A stretch of 63,508 nucleotides of DNA, the filler included, from Octopus bimaculoides (taxonomy: Eukaryota): NCBI RefSeq assembly GCF_001194135.2. It is 5 parts of 5 records of this genome, joined end to end, with 100 filler letters (N's around TTAATTAATTAA, not from the genome) between each part and the next. Parts side by side here need not be neighbours in the genome. Positions count along the whole stretch, not along the records: positions 1 to 31,742 come from NC_068989.1; positions 31,843 to 36,700 come from NW_026409836.1; positions 36,801 to 49,706 come from NC_068994.1; 2 more parts are not named here. One strand, written 5' to 3'. Below are positions 26,622-38,331 of the stretch, piece by piece. The position numbers and the translations under genes were made by a program. The notes beneath the pieces are model-generated. The model was not told where the DNA came from. It made no database searches and saw only the letters and a program-made list of their open reading frames with translations. The stretch's first letter is position 1; each line of letters begins with the position of its first letter.

Positions 26622-26720
26622 ATTAAGGAGCCCTGGATCTAGGTTAGAAACCGGCTCTTTCTCTATTGGCAAGAAATCTTGAAATAAAACTGAATAATGA
26701 CATACATACAAACATACATT
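26622..26720 (+). mobile_element. Inverted copy of the R4 LINE 3' tip with (CATA)n tail
   Basis: aaggagccctggatctaggttagaaaccggctc...aataaaactgaataatgacatac is the reverse complement of 26118-26208 with about 9 differences. Confidence 0.85.
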
Positions 26721-27044
26721 GTTTATATCTATATGTAGATTTATGCTCATATATTTAAATGATAAACTTCTGGAAAGTGTTATAGTTCCGGTGATGAATT
26801 GGATCTGTAGTCTTCGAATTAGTTTTCTCCCTTGTGGTTCTGAGAGGCTTAATTTCTCAAGATTTGTATTTAGACAGTATGTATGTATCCCAGGGCCTCA
26901 ATAATTACAGGTATAAGCTTGAACTTGTAATCTGGATAAAGCAACTGCAGATTTCTCAATAGTTTAGCGTAGGTATTCTCTTTTTCACTGATCTTCAGCT
27001 TTATGCTAACATCCGCTGGTCAGCTGATTTCCACAACTGTATGT

Positions 27045-27325
27045 ATGAAGGTATGTATGTATGTATGTTTCTATTTTTTAATTATTATATATCTTCTACT
27101 GAGGAGGGAGCCGGTTTCCAACAAAGATACAAGGTTACATCTTTGGGATGAAGTTAACACGGACAAATTCACATTTGGAACTTGAGAAAAGTTTTGCATA
27201 TTTTTACTGTTCCAATGACAGATTAGACATGTAATGTACGGGCCAGTCGGTCAATTTCTCTTTCTGAAAATCCCAGTTTATCCAGATTCTCCTTTAAGCA
27301 TTTAGTAGCAAAACCTAGTGATCCA
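27045..27325 (-). mobile_element. Second R4/Dong subfamily 3' end with (CATA)n tail
   Basis: Minus translation GSLGFATKCLKENLDKLGFSEREIDRLARTLHV*SVIGTVKICKTFLKF, short UTR, then catacatac. Confidence 0.85.
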
Positions 27326-28038
27326 TGTAAGTATGTTTATATGTTTATATGTATCTCCGTCCGTCCGTCCGTCTGTCCGTATGTCTGTCTGTCTATCTAT
27401 CTATCGATTCGGTAGAATAAAGAGGNNNNNNNNNNNNNNNNNNNNNNNNNNNNNNNNNNNNNNNNNNNNNNNNNNNNNNNNNNNNNNNNNNNNNNNNNNN
27501 NNNNNNNNNNNNNNNNNNNNNNNNNNNNNNNNNNNNNNNNNNNNNNNNNNNNNNNNNNNNNNNNNNNNNNNNNNNNNNNNNNNNNNNNNNNNNNNNNNNN
27601 NNNNNNNNNNNNNNNNNNNNNNNNNNNNNNNNNNNNNNNNNNNNNNNNNNNNNNNNNNNNNNNNNNNNNNNNNNNNNNNNNNNNNNNNNNNNNNNNNNNN
27701 NNNNNNNNNNNNNNNNNNNNNNNNNNNNNNNNNNNNNNNNNNNNNNNNNNNNNNNNNNNNNNNNNNNNNNNNNNNNNNNNNNNNNNNNNNNNNNNNNNNN
27801 NNNNNNNNNNNNNNNNNNNNNNNNNNNNNNNNNNNNNNNNNNNNNNNNNNNNNNNNNNNNNNNNNNNNNNNNNNNNNNNNNNNNNNNNNNNNNNNNNNNN
27901 NNNNNNNNNNNNNNNNNNNNNNNNNNNNNNNNNNNNNNNNNNNNNNNNNNNNNNNNNNNNNNNNNNNNNNNNNNNNNNNNNNNNNNNNNNNNNNNNNNNN
28001 NNNNNNNNNNNNNNNNNNNNNNNNNNNNNNNNNNNNNN

Positions 28039-28102
<64 letters not shown>

Positions 28103-29414
28103 ACACTTGTATGCATGTGTGTGTGTATGTATAGTGATATTGTGTTGATATCACGTATATCGCGCCACAAGTATTTACTTACATACACATACAATGTGTT
28201 GATTTAATTAATTTTCTGCTGCTTTTAAATTATTTTCCAAATAATCAATAGATGATCTGAAATATTTTCTTAACAATATTCAGTCATTCTTCGCATAAAG
28301 TGTTTAAATTTAGCTATGTTTATTTATCATATTGTTTACGCAGTTGTTAATTGAGAATATATGCATGCAACAGCAGAGCCTATTTACTTACGTACAATAA
28401 TCTTCGCAGAAAATAAATGCATTATTCATATACACGATGTAGCTGTTTAATTATAAGAATTCTAGTCGATTTTTATCAACTATCGATATTTAACACAACC
28501 AGTTAACGGGACGAATGGAATCCCTGGCGAATAATTCCATTCACAGCAATGCGCCACAAAGATTTTTAACTTAGCGAACGAAAAGACACAAATTCATTGC
28601 TATAGAATTAGCACGGTGTTTGATCGTTCGTTGATACTTATAAAAGAAACAGAACAATAGAAATAGCGAAAGTTCCATCTTATCTGTAATAACGTCAGAT
28701 TGCTCTCGAAATATATTCCAGAAATATCTCCAGCGAATGAAGAATCCAAATTAACATCGGCAGAACAATGAGCGCGGATGAAAAGCAAAATATTTTTTCA
28801 AAAGAATGAAAGAAGTGTGGGAGATAGTGAAAAGTCAGAAAGGGGTTATAGGAAATATGAGAGAGAAAAGGAGAGAAACTGAGAATGGGGTTGAGGGTGA
28901 TTTGAGAGAAAATGGAGAGAAACAGAGTTACTATGCTACTGCCAACTACTTTTCGTTTCGATTTTCTAACGCCTTCAGCAGTGGGCGTTTTAATTTCCGA
29001 CGAAAGCTCTCTCTTATCTGTACTTTCTATCATTCCTATAACCGCCCGTTTCATGTAAATGGATAGCGAAATTGTTTGGTTTATCGATAATCGTTTTATT
29101 ATTTATTTTATTGGACTCTGCAATAATTTCATTCAATTGTTTCTTTCAATAACTTATTTGCGTAATTTCTGTAAAAATACACGTCTATGAAGAGAGACAA
29201 TATTGCTTTAGACAAACTGACGGAGAAGATGTGAATGCAGCAAAATCCAAACCAAATTATGTCAATGCTTCGGACTAGCAGTAATGGACATGGAATATTA
29301 ACAACTCTGTTACTAATGACATCTGACAAAATTACTTAACTCCTCTCTCATTTATTATTCCACAATATTAAATTAATACGCCATGTGTATTTGTGTGTGC
29401 ATATGTATTTAGGA

Positions 29415-29463
<49 letters not shown>

Positions 29464-30054
29464 NNNNNNNNNNCAAAGTTTAGACTAAGGGCTAAGAAGT
29501 GTGTTTTGCAATCATTTTTGACGTACCAGGTTCGGTTCTACTGAGTGTCATTCCGACAAGGAATATTTTCTCTAGTATCGAGACAGCTCATATATTGAAG
29601 TATAATTGCATAGACAGAAAATAAACGCATTGTCATGAGTGGATGAGAATTTTATCTGTAATTCGAAATGTAGTGCTTATCAAATATTTCTTGTCAGATT
29701 GATTCTCTCTGAGACATTAAAGGAGCAGTGTTTGTTAAATGGTTAGAAACATAGGTTAACTAGTGAGCAGAAAATTCAGTTGATTGAACAGATAAATCTT
29801 CCTCATCAAAACCAACAGAAAACCGTCACTCCATCTATCCATCCAACAACCATCATTTCATCCATCTATCTATTCTTCTATCCACCCAATCATCCACGGT
29901 TATCCACCACGTACCCGTTAAACTAATGTTATTTTAAAGCATGTTTGAAAGTATCAGCAGAAGACGTACTGATAGTGTGATACTATTCTGAGGGTAGAAT
30001 CATATCCATTGTGAAGTTCAAGTTGACTGGACTTCAAATACCTTTTTTCCAAGT

Positions 30055-30422
30055 GCACATCACCAGGATGCCGACAAAAGGCAGACAATTGGCTAGATGG
30101 ATCCTGAGAACGTTCAGAACTAGAGAGAATGAAACCATGATGGTCCTCAGCTGCCTGGATTACTGCTCCCAGCTATGGCCACCCAAAAGTGTAAAATTAA
30201 CTGCGGACCTTGAAGCAATCCATCAAAGCTTCACAAAGAAGATCGTCTCGTCGAAACGGCTAAGCTACAGGGAAAGGCTGAAACAGCTAAGACTCTACTC
30301 CCTGGAGCGAAAGCGGGAAAGGTATGCAGAAATAATATACATCTGGCAGATCCTGGAAGGAATTGTGCCAAATTTTGGCATTGAAACCTACACCAACGCC
30401 AGAACGAGTCGACACTACACAG
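30055..30422 (+). mobile_element. CR1/L2-group LINE ORF2 C-terminal fragment
   Basis: WILRTFRTR...LDYCSQLWPP...DLEAI...FTKKI...LSYRERLKQLRLYSLERKRERY...WQILEGIVPN. Confidence 0.88.
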
Positions 30423-30908
30423 TGTTCCTCAATGAGGAGGGTGCAAGTTTTGTAATTGGATCGACTACATTTTTTGACGGTGGGTGGCGGGCTTGTGTTG
30501 GGTAATTTTGAATTGGTGAGTAGGTTGTTTAGGGATTTGGGTTATCTTTTGCTTTTTAATTTTAAGGGTTTCGAGTGCTTTTTTAGACGTGTGTCTTGAC
30601 TAAGTAGTGGGATGTTGTTGTATATAATTGTGTAAGCTTCTGCATTTCTTGGATTGTGTGTTGAGAGATATGGTAGACTATTTAATGTACCGTGAGTGTG
30701 TTTCGGTTTTCGTAAGTCTTGGGTAGCGATTGTCTTGGTCCGTACTGTTCCATTGTCAACTAATGATGCTGGGTAATGTCTTTCGAGAAGAATTGCCTTT
30801 AGTTCTTGGCGTCTTTTATTTCGCGTTCTATAATTTGAGACAATTGTACAGATTCTTCTCGCTAGGTTGAAGGGGTTGTTTGTTCTTGTGTGCTTTGGGT
30901 GACTGGAG
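30423..30908 (-). mobile_element. Penelope-like element RT thumb/linker fragment
   Basis: Minus translation SSHPKHTRTNNPFNLARRICTIVS...QELKAILLERHYP...LPYLSTHNPRN...IKSKR*PKSLK...VKKCSRSN.KTC. Confidence 0.85.
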
Positions 30909-31590
30909 GTGAATGAACCGGAAATTAAACAAAAACCTCAAGGAGAAGTTGGCGTTCGAAAAATTCAAAACAGAGCCAATTCCAGCGAAGAAAAATTCAA
31001 GGCACTTGACAACGAAATGCAAATTGAAATCTCAAAATGCTGTGAAGGCGCACTCTTTGATAAAACTACCAAACTCTGGGGAAAAAAACTGACTGGATGA
31101 AGAACTAACATCCCTCCAACGATTAGAAAAAACACCTGGTTCGCCATTACGAAACGGAGTTTAAAAACGAACACCATACAAGAAACCCATATTTAAAAAA
31201 AATGATTAAAACTCACACACCTCACCAACAACAAAGAATACAAACCACGAAACATCAAACACACCACTCCCAACTTTGACGACAACGATAACAGAACTTA
31301 CAGAGAGCACTAAAACCCTATCAAAAGAACCCAGGCACCTACCAACCCAAGAGAAAACTTTACTAGACACTGTCGATCCCAACCCACACCAGAACCGTTC
31401 CAAAATCGAAGATTCCACCCATCACATAGGAATTCGCTTCTAAACCACAATTGTAGGTTCCAACCCACTCTAAGGAACCAGTTCCAACCCACTCTAGGGA
31501 ACCAAAATTACACCCACTACGAACAACCCAGACCCCAGAATAACCAAAACCCCTTTAGTAGGTAACGCATCAATGAGGGAAAGACTAACA
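30909..31590 (+). mobile_element. A/C-rich degenerate coding-like block, probably a PLE N-terminal region in inverted orientation
   Basis: Same A/C strand bias as the sense strand of the adjacent PLE, with an abrupt strand switch at about 30909. No diagnostic motif. Confidence 0.4.
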
Positions 31591-31627
31591 CACACCAAAA
31601 TACAAAATACGTATATACAAAATACTT

Positions 31628-31742
31628 AGCGTTTCGGCAAAAGTCACCGATAGAATAATTACTAGGCCTACAAAGATTAAGTCTTAGGGTAGAATTGCTC
31701 CAGCATTTTGTTGTCAAGTGACTGAAACAAATAAAAGAATAT
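31628..31742 (+). mobile_element. Type A SINE 3' tail
   Basis: ttagcgtttcggcaaaag..accgatagaataa...gactgaaacaaataaaaga. Confidence 0.8.
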
Positions 31743-31842
31743 NNNNNNNNNNNNNNNNNNNNNNNNNNNNNNNNNNNNNNNNNNNNTTAATTAATTAANN
31801 NNNNNNNNNNNNNNNNNNNNNNNNNNNNNNNNNNNNNNNNNN
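31743..31842. other. Assembly spacer N44-TTAATTAATTAA-N44 (also 36701-36800, 49707-49806, 61389-61488)
   Basis: Four identical 100-bp structures; the 12-mer has stop codons in all six frames. Artificial. Confidence 0.95.
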
Positions 31843-31844
31843 GA

Positions 31845-31935
31845 ATGAAACTTCCGGTGGAGGGGGTGGGATGACAGAGGGATGACAGACGAATGAACTC
31901 CCTCTGTCATCCCACCCCCTCCACCGGAAGTTCAT
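31845..31935. repeat. Perfect 34-bp inverted repeat with 16-nt loop
   Basis: 31849-31882 aacttccggtggagggggtgggatgacagaggga is the exact reverse complement of 31899-31932. Confidence 0.92.
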
Positions 31936-32174
31936 ATGTATGTATATATAATATATATAATATATATATGTACATATATGCATGTGTATGTGTGTGTATA
32001 TATATGTGTATGCGTATATGTATATGTGCGTGTATATATTTATATATATGTATGTGTGCATGTGTATCAGTCACTTCCACTATATGTTGACAACATATAC
32101 TTGTTTAATAATACATCCATCCAGTCCCACGCACATGCACATACATGTATGTGAGCAGTGACTGGATCTATATG

Positions 32175-32510
32175 TCACACCCGTGGGGACACAAACAAAC
32201 CAACATTGGTTGTCAAGCGGTGGGTGGGGGACAAATACAATGACATACAGTCACAGATGGGTGGTTGGTGTTAGGTAGGGCACCCAGCCGTAAAAACAGA
32301 CAGAAGTCTGGTGTAGTCCTCTGCCTGGCCAGCTTCTGTCAAACTGTCCAACCCATGCCAGCATGGAAGGGCATCTTTCAGTTTCCATCTGTGAAATCTA
32401 CTCACAAGGCTTTGATTAGCCCACAGCTATAGTAGAAGATGCTTGCACAGTGGGACTGAACCCTAGACCATATGGTTGGGAAGCAAGCTTCTTAACTACA
32501 CAGCCACACC
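32175..32510. mobile_element. Composite: type A SINE (-) interrupted by an RTE-like 3' tail (+, about 32255-32372)
   Basis: SINE A pieces on both sides of ggtggttggtgttagg..gggcacccagccgtaaaa...ccaacccatgccagcatggaa. Confidence 0.65.
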
Positions 32511-32527
32511 TACATATATACATATAT

Positions 32528-32558
<31 letters not shown>

Positions 32559-33140
32559 NNNNNNNNNNNNNNNNNNNNNNNNNNNNNNNNNNNNNNNNNN
32601 NNNNNNNNNNNNNNNNNNNNNNNNNNNNNNNNNNNNNNNNNNNNNNNNNNNNNNNNNNNNNNNNNNNNNNNNNNNNNNNNNNNNNNNNNNNNNNNNNNNN
32701 NNNNNNNNNNNNNNNNNNNNNNNNNNNNNNNNNNNNNNNNNNNNNNNNNNNNNNNNNNNNNNNNNNNNNNNNNNNNNNNNNNNNNNNNNNNNNNNNNNNN
32801 NNNNNNNNNNNNNNNNNNNNNNNNNNNNNNNNNNNNNNNNNNNNNNNNNNNNNNNNNNNNNNNNNNNNNNNNNNNNNNNNNNNNNNNNNNNNNNNNNNNN
32901 NNNNNNNNNNNNNNNNNNNNNNNNNNNNNNNNNNNNNNNNNNNNNNNNNNNNNNNNNNNNNNNNNNNNNNNNNNNNNNNNNNNNNNNNNNNNNNNNNNNN
33001 NNNNNNNNNNNNNNNNNNNNNNNNNNNNNNNNNNNNNNNNNTTTGTAACCATTTTCGAATTAGAATTGTTCCAGTGTTGGCGTTTGGTAGGGCAGCATGG
33101 GTTAACTGAATGAAAGAATTACAGAGATGTGACAAATGGA

Positions 33141-33190
<50 letters not shown>

Positions 33191-33490
33191 ACGCCCATAT
33201 AATTGAAGGGTTGCTCCTCTCAAAGTATGACAACAACAACAACAGACGTGTGTGTGTTTGTCCTATATATCTGAGATAATTACTAACTAGCTTCATTACT
33301 AGTAAATTTTCCTCTTATTTACTTTCTCTCATTACTGGCAACTATTTAACACTTGTTGTTATTGGTGTTGCTGTTGTATAAACTATTCTCATTGCAATCC
33401 TGGGTGTTGCTGGGAGATGGTGGGGAGTGTGGGCATTATCCGAGTGTTTATTTTTTTTCTGTGCCCCTCCGCTGCTAGAAATGCATAAAA

Positions 33491-33640
33491 ATGGCCGGCG
33501 GCTCTCAAAGCTGGCTACGTGGAGGAGGATTCTCTCAGCAACATCCACAACAGAAGCAAGACGAAGATGTTTATCACCATTACAAAAACTACTTCTTAAA
33601 CTTCTCTTCCGAAGAGACGGTGCGTTTGCTGTACGTTGAG
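33491..33640 (+). CDS. Candidate first coding exon, 50 aa (MAGGSQSWLRGGGFSQQHPQQKQDEDVYHHYKNYFLNFSSEETVRLLYVE)
   Basis: aaaaATGG start context, GC-richer unique sequence, open frame ending at gag|gtaaac (phase 0). Product not recognised. Confidence 0.45.
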
Positions 33641-33996
33641 GTAAACGACAAAATTTTCATTAAGTCTCAGAGTATTTCTTCTTTTTTTTCTATTTAAAGG
33701 ACAAGAACAGGAAAATTCTACGTGTTTGTATTTATGTCTGTATGTGTGTGGGGGACTATGTGCTGGTGTTATTTGTAGGCCCCATGGATGTGGCTTATTA
33801 ATTCAAGAATTATGTGGTCAATATTCACACTGCCAAATTCTGCGTCCCATCTTTATTTTTCCATGTTGTGAATTCTCTTACTTTATTTTTATGTCACAAC
33901 TTCACATTCCGTTCACTTAGTCTTCAGGCTTCAGCAGACGAGGACAAAATTTCATTTTTACATTTGGAATTTCTTCTGCTTTTGTATAAAAAAATA

Positions 33997-34200
33997 TAGG
34001 CGTAGGGTACAGGCGTGACATCATGGCTGAGAAGCTTGCTTCCCAACCATTGTGGTCTTCTTGGGTTCAGTCCCACCGTGCAGCACCTTGGGCAAATGTC
34101 TTTTAATTCAGCTCTGGGCTGACCAAAGCCTTGTGAGTGGATTTGGTACTGGAAAACTGAAAGAAGACCATCATGTGTGTGTGTGTGTGTGTGTGTGTGT
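33997..34200 (+). mobile_element. Type A SINE 5' half
   Basis: agaagcttgcttcccaacca...gggttcagtccc...caccttgggcaaatg...gccttgtgagtggatttgg, then (TG)n. Confidence 0.85.
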
Positions 34201-35095
34201 CTTTAGTTTGATTATGTCCCCAAAACTTACCACTTCAGTTAAAGAGGCCCGTAGAAAAACACCAAACTTAGGTTGATTTGATTCAACAAAAATTTGTATA
34301 TACAACATGCCCAGAGCTGTACTTCGCTGCTCAGTGAATGCACACATTAAAAATAATATTAACGAAACCTATATTATAATGGAGAAAGCTGCTTATTAAT
34401 TAGTTGGAATTATGTAATTTTTACTGCAAGAAAGCAATTATTAAAGTCTCTTGATTAAAAAATTCTTAAAACTTCCAATTTTAATATATTTTTATCAAAG
34501 TGTAGTTTTCTAGTTTCTTTTCAGCTGAATGATTAATTTCAATTCACTGTAAACATTTTCTTTTTCAAGTCTTAAATGGCAAGATAGCAATTTTTAATGA
34601 CTTACTGCCTTCTCTCTCTCTTTCCATCTGCTTTTCTTTGTATATTTTCAATAGTTAATTCCTTTGCTGAAACCTCCACAGTTCATGTTAAGATGGTTCA
34701 TATGCTGAACGGGAATTTAAAAAAATATCATTTCTCATCTCTGTATATCTGTAGTTGTGCTCATATAGATTATTAATATTAAAATGTACTATTATATACG
34801 TCAACGGCAAAAAAATAAGTTTTGTGATCACATAGGTTTGAACCAAGTAAGTTTTACCAGTACATCCACTAATATTTTTATGATGTCTTTAAAAAGACAT
34901 TTTAAACATCAGAGATTCTGAAGCTTCAATTTTTTTAAATAAAATCATTTTTTAATTAGAAACTTACAAGGAAAATATATCAAAGTATATCAATATACAT
35001 GTTTATAAATGCAAACAAAATATATTTATGTACAAAACAAAATGCACACATACGTATACACATACTGATGCCATGTAAAATGTACTCGTGCTGGC

Positions 35096-35345
35096 GTCAT
35101 CATCATCATCATCATCATCATTGTCATTTTAATGTCCACTTCTCTCTGCTCACATGCATCACTTGAATTCTATTGAGACAGATCTTCTATGGCTGGACGA
35201 CTTGCCTGTAGCCAACCCTCACTTGTTTCCAAGAAACGTAACATTTCCTTTCAGCCAGACATGTTTTCCCAGAAGTCTGGAAATCAATGATACTGCTTAT
35301 ATGACCGTGACACTCATTTATGACTGTCATGTGACGTTGAGACAA
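35096..35345 (-). mobile_element. RTE-tail SINE (type D) with (ATG)n tail
   Basis: (CAT)n followed by tttaatgtccact...ctatggctggacgacttgcctgtagccaaccc. Confidence 0.75.
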
Positions 35346-35348
35346 TGA

Positions 35349-35390
<42 letters not shown>

Positions 35391-35391
<1 letters not shown>

Positions 35392-35719
35392 GAGGGTGAG
35401 TCAAAAAGTAATGCCATTTTGTTTATGACAGGTATAATTACCAACACAGGAACATGTATCATACATCAAAATGAAGCTGGTCCTCTGTGGATCACATCCC
35501 TACTTCTCAACATTGTCACCATTTCTCTCAATAGCAATATTCCACCTTCAAATGAGAGCATGTATCCCTACCCCGTAAAATTCTGTTGACTGTTCTTTGA
35601 GCCACTTCTTCACTACCTCCACATTCACCAGATTTAGCGCCTTCAGATTATCATCTCTTCGGCGCCACGAAAGAGGGTTTGAGAGGCAAACATTATTTCA
35701 GTGACGAGAAAGTGAAAAC
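35391..35719. mobile_element. Mariner 3' end with an internal inversion
   Basis: TA|TGAGGGTGAGTCAAAAAGTAATGCC TIR. Minus strand reads VVKKWLKEQSTEFY...RWNIAIERNGD.VEK*; plus strand from 35613 reads LPPHSPDLAPSDYHLFG...GLRGKHY.SDEKVK. Confidence 0.88.
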
Positions 35720-35846
35720 CACATGGTTCTGGGTTCAGTCCCGCTGTGTAGCACTCTGGACAAGTGTCTTCTTACTATAACCTTGGACTGACCAAAGCCT
35801 TGTGAGTGGATTTGGTAGACGGAAACTGGAAGAAGCCTGTCGTATG

Positions 35847-35879
<33 letters not shown>

Positions 35880-36112
35880 ATCTGTGTGTGTATGTCTTAG
35901 TGTCTGTGTTTGTCCCCTGCCATCACCACTCGACAACTAGTGTTGGTGTGTTTACGTCCCCACAACTTAGCAGTTTGCTAAAATAGACCGGTAGAATAAG
36001 CACTAGGCTTACACAGAATAAATCTTGGAGTCAATTTCTTTAACTAAAATTCTTCAGAGCAGTGCTCCAACATGGTCGCAGTCATATGACTGAAACAAGT
36101 AAAAGGATAAAA
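35716..36112 (+). mobile_element. Type A SINE, 5'-truncated
   Basis: aaccacatggttctgggttcagtccc through gactgaaacaagtaaaagg. Confidence 0.9.
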
Positions 36113-36113
36113 C

Positions 36114-36212
<99 letters not shown>

Positions 36213-36800
36213 CATATGAGAGAGAGAGAGGGAGGGAAGTGTATATGTTCTCATTCGTTTTATATCCGTTTTTCCTTGTTGATAGGGGTTAAATGAATAG
36301 GCATTGTTTTACAGCCAGGTGCCCTTCTTCATGCTAATCTTTACCTGTTTTACGAGTAAGGTACCTCTTACGTCACGCATCTTCAAAAGCACAAAGCGAG
36401 TAGACAAGTTATTGACAGGAGGAATGCTAACTACGACACCGCTTGTACGTCGTAACATTTGAATAAGTAAGCACGGACACAAACAAACACACATACGCAC
36501 ACACCTACACATGCACATCTGCCACACATACAAACATACTGATACGTAAAGCTTTCTTTCATCCCTCCATTGCCGGTAGAGTTCACAGTGCCTATTTCAT
36601 TTCCTCCCCACAATCTTTCTGGCCACATCACGTGTCTATAGTAAAACCTCTATTGTCAATGATATACATTCATGCACACACACACACACACACACACACA
36701 NNNNNNNNNNNNNNNNNNNNNNNNNNNNNNNNNNNNNNNNNNNNTTAATTAATTAANNNNNNNNNNNNNNNNNNNNNNNNNNNNNNNNNNNNNNNNNNNN

Positions 36801-36840
<40 letters not shown>

Positions 36841-37570
36841 TGTATGTATGTATGCATGAGTGCACATAACCATACATATACGTGTATATATATATAGATA
36901 TATACAAGTGCGTTTAGGTGTATGACTGTGTGGTCGCGTGTGTTTCTGCTGCACATACATAGTTTGCATGTAAAGGAACTCAATATGGTTTGATTCACCA
37001 GAGATATAATTAAACATTTAAACAATTCATGTATTTTTGCAAAATTCTTTAACAGATCGGCTCGGCGATACTTTATTTATTCTTTTCTTTTTGATTTTGC
37101 TGCGTTTTGTTAATTAATATCAATAAATTTTTTTCCAAGTTTGTCTTTTCTATCTCAATTCATCAGAACTAATCATAAATATCATGATTGTTTTATGCTG
37201 ACAATTACTGTTATTATTTTAATCCATTAACGTATTCTGTCTACTATTTTAACTATGTTATCATCTATACTGAGATATTTTCCATACAACGAGCCTTCCA
37301 GGATACTTTTTAGCATTTTTCATTCATTTGTACTGCTTCAAAAAACATTTTTACTCTGTACTGTGATAAACATCTGTTAATTAACTAAAACTTTTGTTTA
37401 TACATTTAAACGCCATTTTTCTTTAACAAAAACCCGTGATAAAATCTAGTAACAAAATGGCACATTTTATGTCTATAAAGCAATATTTTTAGATTTCTCA
37501 TGTGTAATATTAAAATATACTTTCCTGTCTACTGGTGGCTTTAATAAATTATACTCTGTATCTGTGCGTA

Positions 37571-37665
<95 letters not shown>

Positions 37666-37938
37666 GTACTATATGTATATACTTATATACATATATACAT
37701 ATATATGTAAATATAGATAGATAAATACATTTGTATATATGCATATATGTGCATATATGCATACATATATACATATGAATATACATGTATAGACATATAC
37801 ATCTATCTATCTGCATGTATGTATGTACGTATTTCGCTTATATGCTAACATGTATATGCATATATACACATATATTTATGTCTGTATACACACACACAAG
37901 CAGACACTCACATATCACATAAAAGCGTACATTATTCG

Positions 37939-38292
37939 CTCTCGTATAATGATGATATAACTAAGTTGACGTCTCTCACACGCACACATACGCTCACACA
38001 CGCATTTATAAATACGTGTGAAAAACGTTAGATACATCGATAGGTGTCTACATGATAATATTGATATGTAGATACCTCATACACGCGCGCGCACACACAC
38101 ATACGCACTTATCCACACGTACGCACTTATCGACACGCACATACACATATGCGCACATTAAAAAGAATACATATATAAATTGATACATTAATAGGGATAC
38201 ATTGGTACATTTATACAGATATGGTTATATAGGTATATATAATGCGTGTATATGCATGGATATACGTGTACGTATATACGTATGTATGTATG

Positions 38293-38331
<39 letters not shown>

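Larger units (their letters stand above)
26118..27040 (-). mobile_element. R4/Dong LINE 3' end (restriction-like endonuclease C-terminus, 3'UTR, (CATA)n tail), split by an insert
   Basis: Minus translation VVEIS.PADVSIKLKISEKENTYAKLLRNLQLLYPDYKFKLIPVIIEALG, then CLNTNLEKL...RKLIRRLQIQ. The UTR continues at 26406-26118. Confidence 0.88.

Noticed and set aside
28600-29066. Possible minus-strand promoter/5' UTR with MELSLFLLFCFFY
   Set aside because: The frame closes after 37 codons, the donor is poor, and the purine/pyrimidine bias explains the ORFs.
31787-31798. TTAATTAATTAA palindrome occurring four times
   Set aside because: Each is centred in exactly 44+44 Ns and has stops in all six frames. 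It is a contig-joining spacer, not biology.
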